Made by a program: the position numbers and the translations under genes
Origin: a virus
Lineage: Duplodnaviria; Caudoviricetes
DNA length: 43,769 nt
Direction: 5' to 3' (one strand)
IMG/VR virus record: IMGVR_UViG_3300031454_000011
Location: 1 to 43,769 of that record
Part shown: in pieces, positions 33,455-43,485 of the stretch
How the letters are laid out: each line of letters starts with the position of its first letter
How positions within the stretch are numbered: the first letter of the stretch is position 1
The notes under the pieces: generated by a model
Told to the model about the DNA's origin: nothing
What the model saw: the letters and a program-made list of their open reading frames with translations, nothing else
Database searches by the model: none

Positions 33455-35970
33455 AACTACAAGGTTCGGTTGAAATTCAAGTTAGAGATTCTCGGACTGG
33501 AAAGCTAAAGCAGACAATTAAGCAAGATAACCTAATTACTAATACTGCTCACTCTGGACTATTAGAGTGGGGAGTAAGAGGAATTTTCAATTTTTATGGA
33601 ATTAGTGGGAGCGGCTACGAAACGTTTATATTTATCAGTTCTTCTCAAGCAACGCCAAACCCTGCTCTTAATCCATCAGGTATTCTCGCTGTCGCTTATA
33701 CTCCTGCTGGCGTAACAAAGGCAACGTTCAACGATTCTTCTCCTTCTATTTTTGGACAACTCCAAGGCAGAATTGACTTTACTGGAACTGCTAGAACATT
33801 TTATACTGTTGGGTTAAGAGAAGGCAGAGACACAACAATTCACGCTTATTTATTACTTGATACTCCTTGTACTCAAGGAGCCTTTGATATATTAGATATT
33901 TTCTACAGAATCCAATTTCTTAATACCGCAGGGCAGGGATTACCAAAACAAGCATTGATTGATTTTGGTAAAGCTAGCTTCAATTTCAGTTCATTTGATA
34001 TGTCGCGCTACTGGACTTCAGTTTGCAGCACTCCAAGTAATAGTTACCCTTATGAACTGTTTAACTTTGCTGAAGATTTAGGGACTTCCTTTGATTTGTT
34101 TTTCAACAGAGTTAGTAGTGGTCCAATAGTAGGAACAAGAGTTCTTAGCCATTTTAAATTCAAAATGTCTTTTTCCTATGACCTTAACTCTCTTATAGGA
34201 TTAATTTTTAATTCAATTTTGCAAGGTAGATCGGGAACAGGTAGGGGGATTTACACCTGTAAAAAATTAGAGAATCTTAGTTCACCCTTTCAAAATTTAT
34301 TTAGCCACTCAGCAGATGCAACCGTACCCTTCTTTGATTCCCTGAAGCTTGCAAGTGGTAATGGTAAGGTTTTACTTAACGGCACTTGGACAAACAAATT
34401 TCCTGAGCTTTACAAGCTTACAATCGTTGCTGATGGCGCAACTGGGATTGCAACTTATAAATGGAGTGTACGCAGACATCTAGGATTTAATGGCAATACT
34501 TATAGCGATCGCGCTGTTGGTTGTCCTTTTCGCAATCCTACTACGCCAGCAGCAACAGGAATGCACGGCTGGAGAGATGAAAACAATGACGTATTGCAGT
34601 ATTCCAGCACTCAGATTGTCCAATACGATGATACTGGAGTTACCCTACTTGATGTCTTAGATGGTAGATATCAATCTTGGGATGCTAGTACCCTCCCAGC
34701 GCTACCCGTAACGCAAGCTAGGCAAGTAGCTGTAGATTTAGCTAACAAACGAATTTATGTGGGTTGTAGACTCACTGGGCTATGGCTGATTGATGTTACA
34801 GCTAATACGGTTACTCAAATCAAAAATACTCCTTGCTATGGCGTGGATGTGGGGAGAAATGCGATCACCTTTGCGCTCTTTGAGGGAGGTTTGTATCGCT
34901 CCTCTGATTGGATTACGCCGCTAGCGTTTACATACGCCGGAATTACAGACGGGAATTGGAGTAGGGTACAGTTTCTAAAAGCTGATCCAGAACACATCGA
35001 GGATAGGTTGGCACTGGTGATGACTGTGCCGAATACTAGCAATAGGCGCGTAGTGTGGTGGAACGCGGCAACAGGGACATCTGCAACAGGACTAGAGGGT
35101 ACAACCATCAAGCCTTGGTCAGCTTCCCTTGATGTATCAGATACTGGCAGTTTCTGGGCTAGTGGCGTTGGTCGGTTAACGTATGGCTCAACTACTACAG
35201 CTACTCTTGGAACTACGCTTTCTACTCAATCTTTAACATCTTTAGCGTTTGGTACTGATAACTTCTACAAGATTAGTTTTTATAAAAACTTCTTAATTGG
35301 TCAATCAAGTATTGTTACTAGCGCTGGTGCAGTGCAAAATACTTATACTTCCCTTGGCTCAAAAGCTTTCATCTTACACATGGATGGAGGGATTGCGCTG
35401 ACTAATAGAGAAATGCGATCGCTCTTTACAGATAACGTGTATGGCTATGATAATTACGGTTGGAATGGCACTACTTGGGAACTAAACCACGCTGGGGCAA
35501 GAACTACCCATAGCACAAATGAAATTTTAGGTAATGGTATTACTGCTAGATTTGAAAATGGAGCTAATGCACCCCACTTTATAGCAACTGATTACTACAC
35601 TCAAGGAGTGTGCAACGGGGTACTTAAAGATAACGCAACTACCTTGTACTACGAATCTGCATGGTACTCAAAGCCAGCACAATTCAACCATCCAGTGCAA
35701 GCAAATGTGACTGTACCTGCTGCTGCACCGTATCAAATAACCCTAAGCGCTGCTAGTGAAATAGCTTTTATCCGCATTGAAACTGATTCACCAGAACTCA
35801 TCAAACTGACATTGAACGGTCAACCAGTAACCACAGTGTACATTGGTGGCACTACTCCACCTGGGCTTAACGAGATTAGAGTAGATGCCTCTGGCAATGG
35901 GATAATTGAATTCAATAGCGCTGATGCAGGTAAAACTGTAGGAGGTATTTATTCGTTTATTAAAAACTAA
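33451..35970 (+). CDS. Large tail protein with beta-propeller-like repeats (receptor-binding candidate)
   Basis: 839 aa; N-terminal KLQGSVEIQV...QDNLIT; blade-like VAVD...RIYVGC...GLWLID segments. Confidence 0.65.
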   Translation: MKLQGSVEIQVRDSRTGKLKQTIKQDNLITNTAHSGLLEWGVRGIFNFYGISGSGYETFIFISSSQATPNPALNPSGILAVAYTPAGVTKATFNDSSPSIFGQLQGRIDFTGTARTFYTVGLREGRDTTIHAYLLLDTPCTQGAFDILDIFYRIQFLNTAGQGLPKQALIDFGKASFNFSSFDMSRYWTSVCSTPSNSYPYELFNFAEDLGTSFDLFFNRVSSGPIVGTRVLSHFKFKMSFSYDLNSLIGLIFNSILQGRSGTGRGIYTCKKLENLSSPFQNLFSHSADATVPFFDSLKLASGNGKVLLNGTWTNKFPELYKLTIVADGATGIATYKWSVRRHLGFNGNTYSDRAVGCPFRNPTTPAATGMHGWRDENNDVLQYSSTQIVQYDDTGVTLLDVLDGRYQSWDASTLPALPVTQARQVAVDLANKRIYVGCRLTGLWLIDVTANTVTQIKNTPCYGVDVGRNAITFALFEGGLYRSSDWITPLAFTYAGITDGNWSRVQFLKADPEHIEDRLALVMTVPNTSNRRVVWWNAATGTSATGLEGTTIKPWSASLDVSDTGSFWASGVGRLTYGSTTTATLGTTLSTQSLTSLAFGTDNFYKISFYKNFLIGQSSIVTSAGAVQNTYTSLGSKAFILHMDGGIALTNREMRSLFTDNVYGYDNYGWNGTTWELNHAGARTTHSTNEILGNGITARFENGANAPHFIATDYYTQGVCNGVLKDNATTLYYESAWYSKPAQFNHPVQANVTVPAAAPYQITLSAASEIAFIRIETDSPELIKLTLNGQPVTTVYIGGTTPPGLNEIRVDASGNGIIEFNSADAGKTVGGIYSFIKN

Positions 35971-36443
35971 TGGAAACAATAATAATTAACGATTACATCA
36001 GTTTTTTAAAAATCGATGGCAGCATCAAATCTGTACAGATTAATCACGATGGTATCTGGCACAATGTCCCCTATAACTCGGATACATATACCTTTAATGA
36101 ATCAGACCCGCTTACTCAAGAATTGCGACAATGGGAAGCTGTTAACGGAGCGTTAGACCTACCTTTACCGCCTCCGCCTCCCAATGTTTCAGGACTAGCT
36201 GATACTATACGAGGTACAGAAGTATTTGCTAAGGTGTACGCTGAAGTAGAACTTCCAAACCCCAAAGTGGTAGCAGCTTTCACCATCCTCATTCCTACGC
36301 TTAATAGTAGTAATCCCAACCTTAAGGATTTGCGATTCTCTCTGGAGGGGCTACGCGCAGGAATGGGGGATTTATTAAATACAGAAGATATTGAATTTAT
36401 AAATCAAGCGCTAGCCGATAACTTCTTTAACTACAGCATCTAA
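35970..36443 (+). CDS. Tail fibre accessory/chaperone, paralog 1
   Basis: Follows the tail protein; C-terminal domain similar to 38370..38840. Confidence 0.55.
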   Translation: METIIINDYISFLKIDGSIKSVQINHDGIWHNVPYNSDTYTFNESDPLTQELRQWEAVNGALDLPLPPPPPNVSGLADTIRGTEVFAKVYAEVELPNPKVVAAFTILIPTLNSSNPNLKDLRFSLEGLRAGMGDLLNTEDIEFINQALADNFFNYSI

Positions 36444-36451
36444 CTCCTACT

Positions 36452-36736
36452 ATGAAATACTTTTGCAATTGCCCAGACTTCCAAAAACGAGCAGCTAAAA
36501 ATCCAAATTCTCCATACCTAGCTGAAAACATCGGTAGGGATTGGAGTAATTCTAATGCTGGGCTAGAACCAGGGCAATATTGCAAACATATCTGGGGAGC
36601 AATTTTAGCTGAAGGGAAGCTTAAAGAAATCGGTATACCGAGCGATCTAGCTATCCCAATTGTGGAGCGTAAAAAGCCTAATAATCTAACTCCGAGATTA
36701 CAATCGGATGTAACAAGGGGCGATTATTTTGGGTAA
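36452..36736 (+). CDS. SWIM zinc-finger protein
   Basis: YFCNCPDF...CKHI. Confidence 0.7.
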   Translation: MKYFCNCPDFQKRAAKNPNSPYLAENIGRDWSNSNAGLEPGQYCKHIWGAILAEGKLKEIGIPSDLAIPIVERKKPNNLTPRLQSDVTRGDYFG

Positions 36737-36742
36737 TAAATT

Positions 36743-37351
36743 ATGGCTATTGGAGTAACTTACTCGTCTAGGGAGCGCGCGACGGCTGAGGCTATTGTAG
36801 ATGAGATGATTCTTAGAGGAGTAGGAGTAGGCGGAGGCGGAGGTATTAGCGATGCTACAGCAGCAAATCAGCTATCAGAAATAGCAAGACTTGACGCTAT
36901 TAATGGCAAGCTACCATTGGCTTTAGTTAATGGCAGATTAGTTGTAGATCCTAGCGGTGTAACTCAGCCGATTAGCGCCATTGCTTTTGGTAATACAAAC
37001 GATGCTGTCGCTACTACCGATACAGGAATATTTAGCTTAATTGCTTTGATTAAGCGCTTGCTCTCAATAAAGCTTCCTAGCGCTCTAAGTAACGATAGGT
37101 TGAAAACTGAATCTTTTGCAACGGTAACAGCGCGTACTACTTCTTTTCTTAATACTTCGACCACCGGAACAATTGCAGCAGGAGCAAGTTCAGTAACGAT
37201 AGCCAATGCTGGAGGTGCAGCAGGTACGGTAAAAACTGTATCTTTGCCAGCAAATAGCTCAATTAGTTTCTCAGCTAATGGCAACGATATTCTTGATGAG
37301 ATCTCGTATAGTGCCACGGGTACAACTTTCTTGATAACTACGATGGTCTAA
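36743..37351 (+). CDS. Tail fibre/collar-like protein
   Basis: DATAANQ and VDPSGVTQPISA fibre-type repeats. Confidence 0.6.
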   Translation: MAIGVTYSSRERATAEAIVDEMILRGVGVGGGGGISDATAANQLSEIARLDAINGKLPLALVNGRLVVDPSGVTQPISAIAFGNTNDAVATTDTGIFSLIALIKRLLSIKLPSALSNDRLKTESFATVTARTTSFLNTSTTGTIAAGASSVTIANAGGAAGTVKTVSLPANSSISFSANGNDILDEISYSATGTTFLITTMV

Positions 37352-37352
37352 A

Positions 37353-38348
37353 ATGCCTACAAATATTTCACTCCCAAGCCGAGCCACTTCTTCTCCGTTC
37401 GATCCTACTGGCTCCTTAGCTGCTACAAATGTCCAAAACGCGATCGCAGAATTAGCAGCAGAAACAATCGATTTATCCACTAATCAAACTGTAGGAGGAG
37501 TGAAAAGTTTTACTTCTCCCCTTAAAGCTAACGGGTATTATTATGCAAATAATCCTCTTAACGTTGAGCTTTTTCGTGATATATCAGCTACACCTAATAC
37601 CTTTACAGAAATAGGTAACTTCTATACAGACAATGGTGGTATTACATTACGTTTATCTTTAGTAGTCAATAGTGTAAGTTTTGCAGTAGCTAAAACTTAC
37701 ACTATTGCAACAGTATATAGTCCTTCTGATACTGGATGGATGAGATTATTACCAGACAAATCTAACGTTTATTTATTTTTTAATGACTGTGATATAGATA
37801 TTAGATTAATTACCCATAGAACTTATTTAAGAGTGAGGCGTACTGGTACTACTAATACTGTTGACCCAGGTGAAGCAAAGATTAGAATTGAATCTACTGG
37901 AAATACGACAGGAACATTCACAGATACTTCAGCTACAGGTGTAGATAGTGCAGTAACTAATGAACTTCTATCTGGAATATTTACAAGAAATGGAATAAAT
38001 AGAATAAATAATTTGACTGTAGATACAGTCAACACCTGGACATCTGTTACATTTCAAAATAGTTGGGCGAATTTTAACTTAGGACACGCAACGGCTGCTT
38101 ATCGTAAACTCCCTGACGGGACAGTAGAAGTGAAAGGATTGGTTTCAAAATCGACAACACCTGCTCCAGGAGAAGTCATATTTACTTTGCCAGTAGGTTT
38201 TAGACCATTAGAACTTAGAATATTTTCGACTCTTTCTATTGATGCTTTAGGAAGGGCAGATGTAGAAAGTAACGGTAATGTAAAAATGAGCGTAGGTAGC
38301 GGAGGGTGGTTCAGCTTGCAAACTATTAGATTCGTTGCCGAACAATAA
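37353..38348 (+). CDS. Tail fibre protein
   Basis: LAATNVQNAIAEL, NQTVGGVKSF and C-terminal YRK..DGTVEVKG...IFTLPVGFRP. Confidence 0.8.
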   Translation: MPTNISLPSRATSSPFDPTGSLAATNVQNAIAELAAETIDLSTNQTVGGVKSFTSPLKANGYYYANNPLNVELFRDISATPNTFTEIGNFYTDNGGITLRLSLVVNSVSFAVAKTYTIATVYSPSDTGWMRLLPDKSNVYLFFNDCDIDIRLITHRTYLRVRRTGTTNTVDPGEAKIRIESTGNTTGTFTDTSATGVDSAVTNELLSGIFTRNGINRINNLTVDTVNTWTSVTFQNSWANFNLGHATAAYRKLPDGTVEVKGLVSKSTTPAPGEVIFTLPVGFRPLELRIFSTLSIDALGRADVESNGNVKMSVGSGGWFSLQTIRFVAEQ

Positions 38349-38369
38349 TTAACAATTAACCTGAAAAAT

Positions 38370-38840
38370 ATGGCAGTAAGAATTGACGAGCGCGGTCTTT
38401 ATATTCCTGGTTCTGATCTAGTAGATTACGAGGAAGAAGATACAGAAGAAATTATTACTACTCCTGTACCTGACGGCTTTTGGTGGCCCCGTTGGGGAGG
38501 TACAGTTTGGGTTGAAGGATTAAGCGAGGAAGAGATTAAACAAAGAATTGGCACAAAAATAGCTGATTGGCAAAACTTGACCGCTACTATGCGCGGCACA
38601 ATGCCTTTTATTAAGCTATTTTCTATAGCTCAAGAGTTTAGCGAACGCGGTGCAATAGCAAATGCTGTTTTTACTTTGCTCATGGCTACGCTTACCGCTT
38701 CCCACAATAAAGCAGATTTAGAATTTACCGTACTAGCGCTGCCCTCTATAATGCAGGGGGTTTATAACAACGCGGATATTGACATAATCAACGTTGCTTT
38801 AGATACTAACGGTTTTACAATCGTGTTGCCTAGTTATTAA
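38370..38840 (+). CDS. Tail fibre accessory/chaperone, paralog 2
   Basis: TPVPDGFWWPRWGGTVWVEG motif; follows the fibre gene. Confidence 0.6.
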   Translation: MAVRIDERGLYIPGSDLVDYEEEDTEEIITTPVPDGFWWPRWGGTVWVEGLSEEEIKQRIGTKIADWQNLTATMRGTMPFIKLFSIAQEFSERGAIANAVFTLLMATLTASHNKADLEFTVLALPSIMQGVYNNADIDIINVALDTNGFTIVLPSY

Positions 38841-41057
38841 CTACCACTCCAAAAACTCGCTCTTATAGTAGAGGTCATAGCCGTTGTAAGTGCCACTAAT
38901 TTGCAACTTGACGTGTACCGCTATGCCTCCCTCCTCCTCAACGTAGCCAATTACAATCGCTTTAGCACCATCGAAGTTTTTAGAACCCGCGTTAATGGTA
39001 ACTACTGTTCCTACTTTTGGTTGATTATCAAGAGCAACAGTAGGTACAACAGTAGGAGCAGTAGGAGCGGACTCTTTAGCTTTATTAGGCTTTGACGCTA
39101 ACGGCACAAATCCTTTAGCTCTGGTATCAGTTGGGGCTGGGGTCGGTGTTGGAGTCGGTGTTGGGGGGGGTGTTGGTTCCTCAATCTGAACATCGGTAAC
39201 TTGAACATCTGCAACCTGGGCATCAATTATTTCTGGTTGAGTTTCCGGCATTGCAGGAGCGTAATAAACTTTATACCGAATAGCTCCGGTCTCACGCTGC
39301 TTTACTCGTTCCTCGCTAAGTAGTAATCCTTTTTGTTTAGCTCGTTCGCAAGCCATCCTTACAGCGTCTCTAGTTGCTCCCTCAAACTCATGGCGTAGCT
39401 CCTCTGGCTCGAACTTTACTCCGCGATGATTTTCCATGTATTGCAGTAATCTAGCGCCTAGGGGGAGCTTACCGCCCAAATCTTCTGTCCCAATCTCGCC
39501 TAGATGCGCCCATGAGTAATCATCAGGATTAAGTTCTAGTTTGATAGGAGTAACAAAACCGCTCCTAGATTTTTCCGGCTCTAAAATTCTTTGAGTAAGC
39601 GGCAAACCTTCAACGCGATCGCCTTTTCTCAAGTGCCATACTTCAGAAACGTTATTGTAAATTGCTGTAGTTCCTCTAGCTCCACCGCCTTTATTCTCGT
39701 GGTGCAATACCATAAAGGTGCAGCCAAACTCGTTAGCCATATCGCGCAAGTCGTATAGCTTAGAGGCGTAACTAGCATCTTTCTCGTTATCAATTTGGCT
39801 ACGATTAGCAGAACTGAAAGAGTCGATCATTACAAAATCATAGCCATCTTCAGCAATGAATTTTCTTAAATCCTTCATTCTGGTAAATTGCCAATCGGTG
39901 CAAATATGTACGCTACCTTTAGGCAAACTAGCAAAATCAGCAATCGTTAAGCGCTCTCTAATATCGATTTCAGGCTCGTCAGTTTGGACGATTAATACTT
40001 TACCCTGCTTGGTTGGGTAGCCGTTCCAGTAAGTACCGCCAGCGATCGCTTTACAAATATCGTAGGCTAGTAGCGTTTTACCTACTCCTCCATTAGCATA
40101 AAGACAAATTGTTGTCCCCTTCGGTACATAACCGCCGATAATCCATTCTCGCTCTATCGCTCCTGTTAGTAAAAATTCCTCAGTTTCAGTTCTGATTGAT
40201 TTCTTTTTGGTATCAACCTTCATCTGAATGATTTGCTTTAAATCCTTTTTCGACATCTTATAATGTCGAGCAATCATTGATAGCTCCCATTCTAGGCGCG
40301 CTTCTCCATCTTCCAAGTCTTCAAAGTTTTTCATCATCTTGACCACTGCTGCTTGCACCTGGTCAAATGATGGCTTATCTCCTGCTGCTCGTGCAACATC
40401 TGCTGCGTCCATTATCTTTGTAGCTTCAGGCGCTGAACTCTCCTCTAACTCTCTAATAATCGCTTTAGCTTGAGAAATCGCCGCAACGGAGTCAATGCTA
40501 CCGAGTTCGCCTATCCTTTTGAGTTTTTTGGCAAATTGTGACTTTTTCCAGCCATTAATTAAAAATTTAGCGTGTTCAACTAAATTAATAGAATGAACAA
40601 TTCGACCGACTAACTGAGCTATTTTACTTTTGCCGCCTACGTCTTCTAACTCTCCTTTATTCCTTAGCTCTAAGGTTACAGTATTCAAGTTTGGCTGAAG
40701 TTCCTGAGCTTCTACGTTTCTGATTGCTTGGTAAATTTTGCGATGGCTAGAGACCGAAAAAGCTTCTACTGGTAGGTTTTCGCAGTGTGGCAAGTTTTCA
40801 GGAGCTAAAAGCAATTCACCTAATAAAGCTTCTTCTGTCTCAATTACTTCCAAATTTGGCGTTGCAGATGTTACATTAGTCATTATCATTTTTTGTTTTT
40901 TGCATCCCTTTAGTAAGGATGCTTTTTTTTTGCTAGGGTGGATAAGTGAATGTTGCGTGTGTTGCATCTGTTGCATAATCCGAACACTTTGGGTTAGAAT
41001 TGTGAGTGCTAACAGATTAGGACACAGCTTGCGTCCTTTTAGGGACACATCAATCAT
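38841..41057 (-). CDS. Replication protein: DnaB N-terminal-like domain plus RecA-like AAA helicase (likely start ~40889)
   Basis: EEALLG.LL...F...HRKIY DnaB-N; ANGGVGKT Walker A, MIDS Walker B, LHHENK...RGTTAI, EKSR. Confidence 0.85.
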   Translation of the reverse strand: MIDVSLKGRKLCPNLLALTILTQSVRIMQQMQHTQHSLIHPSKKKASLLKGCKKQKMIMTNVTSATPNLEVIETEEALLGELLLAPENLPHCENLPVEAFSVSSHRKIYQAIRNVEAQELQPNLNTVTLELRNKGELEDVGGKSKIAQLVGRIVHSINLVEHAKFLINGWKKSQFAKKLKRIGELGSIDSVAAISQAKAIIRELEESSAPEATKIMDAADVARAAGDKPSFDQVQAAVVKMMKNFEDLEDGEARLEWELSMIARHYKMSKKDLKQIIQMKVDTKKKSIRTETEEFLLTGAIEREWIIGGYVPKGTTICLYANGGVGKTLLAYDICKAIAGGTYWNGYPTKQGKVLIVQTDEPEIDIRERLTIADFASLPKGSVHICTDWQFTRMKDLRKFIAEDGYDFVMIDSFSSANRSQIDNEKDASYASKLYDLRDMANEFGCTFMVLHHENKGGGARGTTAIYNNVSEVWHLRKGDRVEGLPLTQRILEPEKSRSGFVTPIKLELNPDDYSWAHLGEIGTEDLGGKLPLGARLLQYMENHRGVKFEPEELRHEFEGATRDAVRMACERAKQKGLLLSEERVKQRETGAIRYKVYYAPAMPETQPEIIDAQVADVQVTDVQIEEPTPPPTPTPTPTPAPTDTRAKGFVPLASKPNKAKESAPTAPTVVPTVALDNQPKVGTVVTINAGSKNFDGAKAIVIGYVEEEGGIAVHVKLQISGTYNGYDLYYKSEFLEW

Positions 41058-41064
41058 AACTCAT

Positions 41065-41316
41065 ATGTGTGCAGAAAGTAAGAAAAACAAAAAAGAATAT
41101 TTTCTTTCTCTTTCGTACAGAGATTTAGAGGCTGTTACGGGGGTGTATTATGCAACTTGGCATAAATGGTTCGCTAGGAGAAGAAGCCCAACGATTGATA
41201 GTTTAGAAGAGGCTGCAAAAACGTTAGATATGCCACTCCTAGAATTTGTAGAAGCTTTTAAGGAACGTCGAGATAAGACGATAGCAGCGAACGCGCAGAA
41301 GAAAGTAGCAGCATAG
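41065..41316 (+). CDS. Cro/XRE-like HTH regulator (3' part of track ORF 40738..41316)
   Basis: LSYRDLEAVTGVYYATWHKWFARRRSPTIDSLEEAA; divergent from the replication gene. Confidence 0.78.
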   Translation: MCAESKKNKKEYFLSLSYRDLEAVTGVYYATWHKWFARRRSPTIDSLEEAAKTLDMPLLEFVEAFKERRDKTIAANAQKKVAA

Positions 41317-41329
41317 TTCTAAGGGCATA

Positions 41330-41527
41330 TTATGTTCTTTTCCGAGCTAAGGCTTTACGTTTTTGGTAGCCAGGGAGGTGCATTAAGTACCTCAATATGG
41401 TGGAGACATGAAGGTCTAGAGCTTGGGCAAGTTGGGCTGAACTCATTTCGGGATGCTCGTGGTAGAACTTGATTACTTTATCTTCAGTCTTTCTTCTCAA
41501 TTCGTATTTCTCCAGTTTTCCAGACAT
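41330..41527 (-). CDS. Small HTH protein
   Basis: HPEMSSAQLAQALDLHVSTILRYL. Confidence 0.75.
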   Translation of the reverse strand: MSGKLEKYELRRKTEDKVIKFYHEHPEMSSAQLAQALDLHVSTILRYLMHLPGYQKRKALARKRT

Positions 41528-41774
41528 ATTTTTCGATTCCTGCTCCTACAAATAACTTGACTTTCCAGCCTGTTAGTCTCTGATGGGGGTCTTTATTCTC
41601 GTTCGGCGAGAGTAATACGACTCCAGGAACCCATTTACCTCCGTGCAGTACCTCTACTTCTGTATCAGGCAAGGGCGGAATAGTAGAAATTGGTTTAGTT
41701 ATACTTGCTAAATCTAGCTTTTCGTTCATTAGTACACTAACTCCACTCATTAAAGGATTTGTAAGCAAGTTCAA
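41484..41774 (-). CDS. Hypothetical SH3-like protein
   Basis: VEVLHGGKWVPGVV. Confidence 0.6.
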   Translation of the reverse strand: MNLLTNPLMSGVSVLMNEKLDLASITKPISTIPPLPDTEVEVLHGGKWVPGVVLLSPNENKDPHQRLTGWKVKLFVGAGIEKYVWKTGEIRIEKKD

Positions 41775-42081
41775 GAGAGGATGTATCGTTACTACTTACG
41801 CGCTGATAGCCTATGAAGTGAGGATTTTCGGATGTTTGCTCGACATAGGGCGGTTTGTTGTCTACAAATACCATCCCTACAGCCGTCAAAGGGATATTAT
41901 CGCAATCGTGAGCAATTTCCCAAAAGATTACAGGGCGCGTAATAATTCCATTTTCAGCATTTGCAAACACTGCCTCCCATCCTATAGCTGGAATAATGTC
42001 ATAAACTTCTGATTTTTCCGCTTCCTCATTAAAAAACGCGCACCAAACCATTTTAAAAAGGTTAACTAAATTTTTAATCAT
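41737..42081 (-). CDS. Hypothetical protein
   Basis: IIPAIGWEAVF...PVIFW pattern; coupled ORF. Confidence 0.65.
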   Translation of the reverse strand: MIKNLVNLFKMVWCAFFNEEAEKSEVYDIIPAIGWEAVFANAENGIITRPVIFWEIAHDCDNIPLTAVGMVFVDNKPPYVEQTSENPHFIGYQRVSSNDTSSLELAYKSFNEWS

Positions 42082-42334
42082 TTAGCTTACCTCTCTCTTT
42101 TCCGTTAGTGTCCGCTCTTGGGTTCAAATGCTCTAACAACTCTCTTTTTTCTGCTTCTAAAATTGCTATTTGCCTCTGCTGCAAAACTACTCGTTTTTGA
42201 AAAGATTGCAATGCTTCCCTGTCCTGCGCTCTGCAATTTAGCAATACCTCATACTGCTGATTTAGCTTACGAATATCTTTCTGCAAAGATGTGACATCAG
42301 CTACTTGTGTAGGGGGAGCAACTTCATTTATCAT
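42074..42334 (-). CDS. Coiled-coil protein
   Basis: Heptad-rich 86-aa ORF. Confidence 0.65.
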   Translation of the reverse strand: MINEVAPPTQVADVTSLQKDIRKLNQQYEVLLNCRAQDREALQSFQKRVVLQQRQIAILEAEKRELLEHLNPRADTNGKERGKLND

Positions 42335-42420
42335 AAGGTTGGTTGTCTATGATGATTAAAGATCGAGAGATCGAGAAATCAGCGCTCCTACCTGATTTAG
42401 CCTCAAGTAGAGCGCTGATT

Positions 42421-42624
42421 TTAATTATTTGTCGGTACAGCGCATGGGTGGGTAATTCCTTGCTGTTTCAACCATTCCGCAACAATTGCGCTTAGTAGCT
42501 CTTGTTGGGTCGTGTCTCTTCTTAAAGCTTCAATCCGCAGTTGCTTCTGTACATCCTTGTTTATTCTCGTCAATACTCGATTATTCACGGGTATAGCTCG
42601 TTGTATGTATGTTGTGTGCTGCAC
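42421..42624 (-). CDS. RHH-like regulator
   Basis: TRINKDVQKQLRIEALRRDTTQQELLSAIVAEWL. Confidence 0.7.
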   Translation of the reverse strand: MQHTTYIQRAIPVNNRVLTRINKDVQKQLRIEALRRDTTQQELLSAIVAEWLKQQGITHPCAVPTNN

Positions 42625-42664
42625 GTACGACTACTGTAGTCTTTCCTTTTTAAATAAGTAAATT

Positions 42665-42718
42665 AGTAAATATACTGAACCTTCTTGAAATCTTTATAAA
42701 ATGTTCAGTATATTTACT
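42665..42718. repeat. Perfect 16-bp inverted repeat with a 22-bp spacer in a divergent intergenic region
   Basis: AGTAAATATACTGAAC ... GTTCAGTATATTTACT. Confidence 0.85.
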
Positions 42719-43417
42719 GATGCAATAAATCTTAGAGAAAGATATGCTTTAAGGTTTACAAAAAATATGGGTTTTAATAGTGGTGGAGTAAGCACTTTGC
42801 TAGAGAGCTTAAAGCTGCAACGAGTCTGTATATTGTTATCTGTTAGTGAGGGTATAGATAAGGATCGGATGGAATCTAATTTTTTTGAGACTTTTAAGCA
42901 AATGGAGATTTGTGCTAGGCAGTTTTTGCTAGTGCAGGCGGTTCACGAAGTTGTTAACTTTTCCCAGTCAGAAATTGCTGATAATTTTGATTTTCCTGAT
43001 TTATTACGCGCATTAAGCGAATATACGTCAAGGCAGGAAAAAAAAGAAAGTGATGTTAGTAATGTCAGTTCTAACTGGGGAGCCATCAACCACTTTTTAG
43101 AAGTAGCTGTACAAAAACTGGAACGCCATGTAGTAGACGAAACTATTACTCCTCTGCGCTCCTTACCTTCATTAAACGAAACTAAAATGTTTGCCGAACA
43201 GTTCAGACGGCTTTTGATGGTTGAATTTATAAGCATTTGGGTAAAAACGCTCGAACACGAACGTTACCGTTTTTCTGATTTGCTCACTTCATTAAGTAAA
43301 TACGCTTATCAACAAACAGAACTTTTTCCAGAAAATTCAAGCGTTTGGGAAGTTGTCGCTACGCTCCTACAGACGGCAGCAGTTGAAGCCCAGCGTCAAG
43401 GTGATAATTTACCGTAA
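42701..43417 (+). CDS. Helical protein with an internal domain duplication (start probably ~42869)
   Basis: F(P/S)DLL..LS.Y..Q...SS.W..(I/V)...L..A occurs twice. Confidence 0.65.
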   Translation: MFSIFTDAINLRERYALRFTKNMGFNSGGVSTLLESLKLQRVCILLSVSEGIDKDRMESNFFETFKQMEICARQFLLVQAVHEVVNFSQSEIADNFDFPDLLRALSEYTSRQEKKESDVSNVSSNWGAINHFLEVAVQKLERHVVDETITPLRSLPSLNETKMFAEQFRRLLMVEFISIWVKTLEHERYRFSDLLTSLSKYAYQQTELFPENSSVWEVVATLLQTAAVEAQRQGDNLP

Positions 43418-43485
43418 CCTTACGACCTCTTAGAATATTATTGTTAACCTGTGTTACACAATAAACGCAGGTATCAATAAAAAAG

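Noticed and set aside
40738-41064. N-terminal extensions of ORFs 40738..41316 and 38841..41057
   Set aside because: They overlap each other antisense and look non-coding; the likely starts are 41065 and ~40889.
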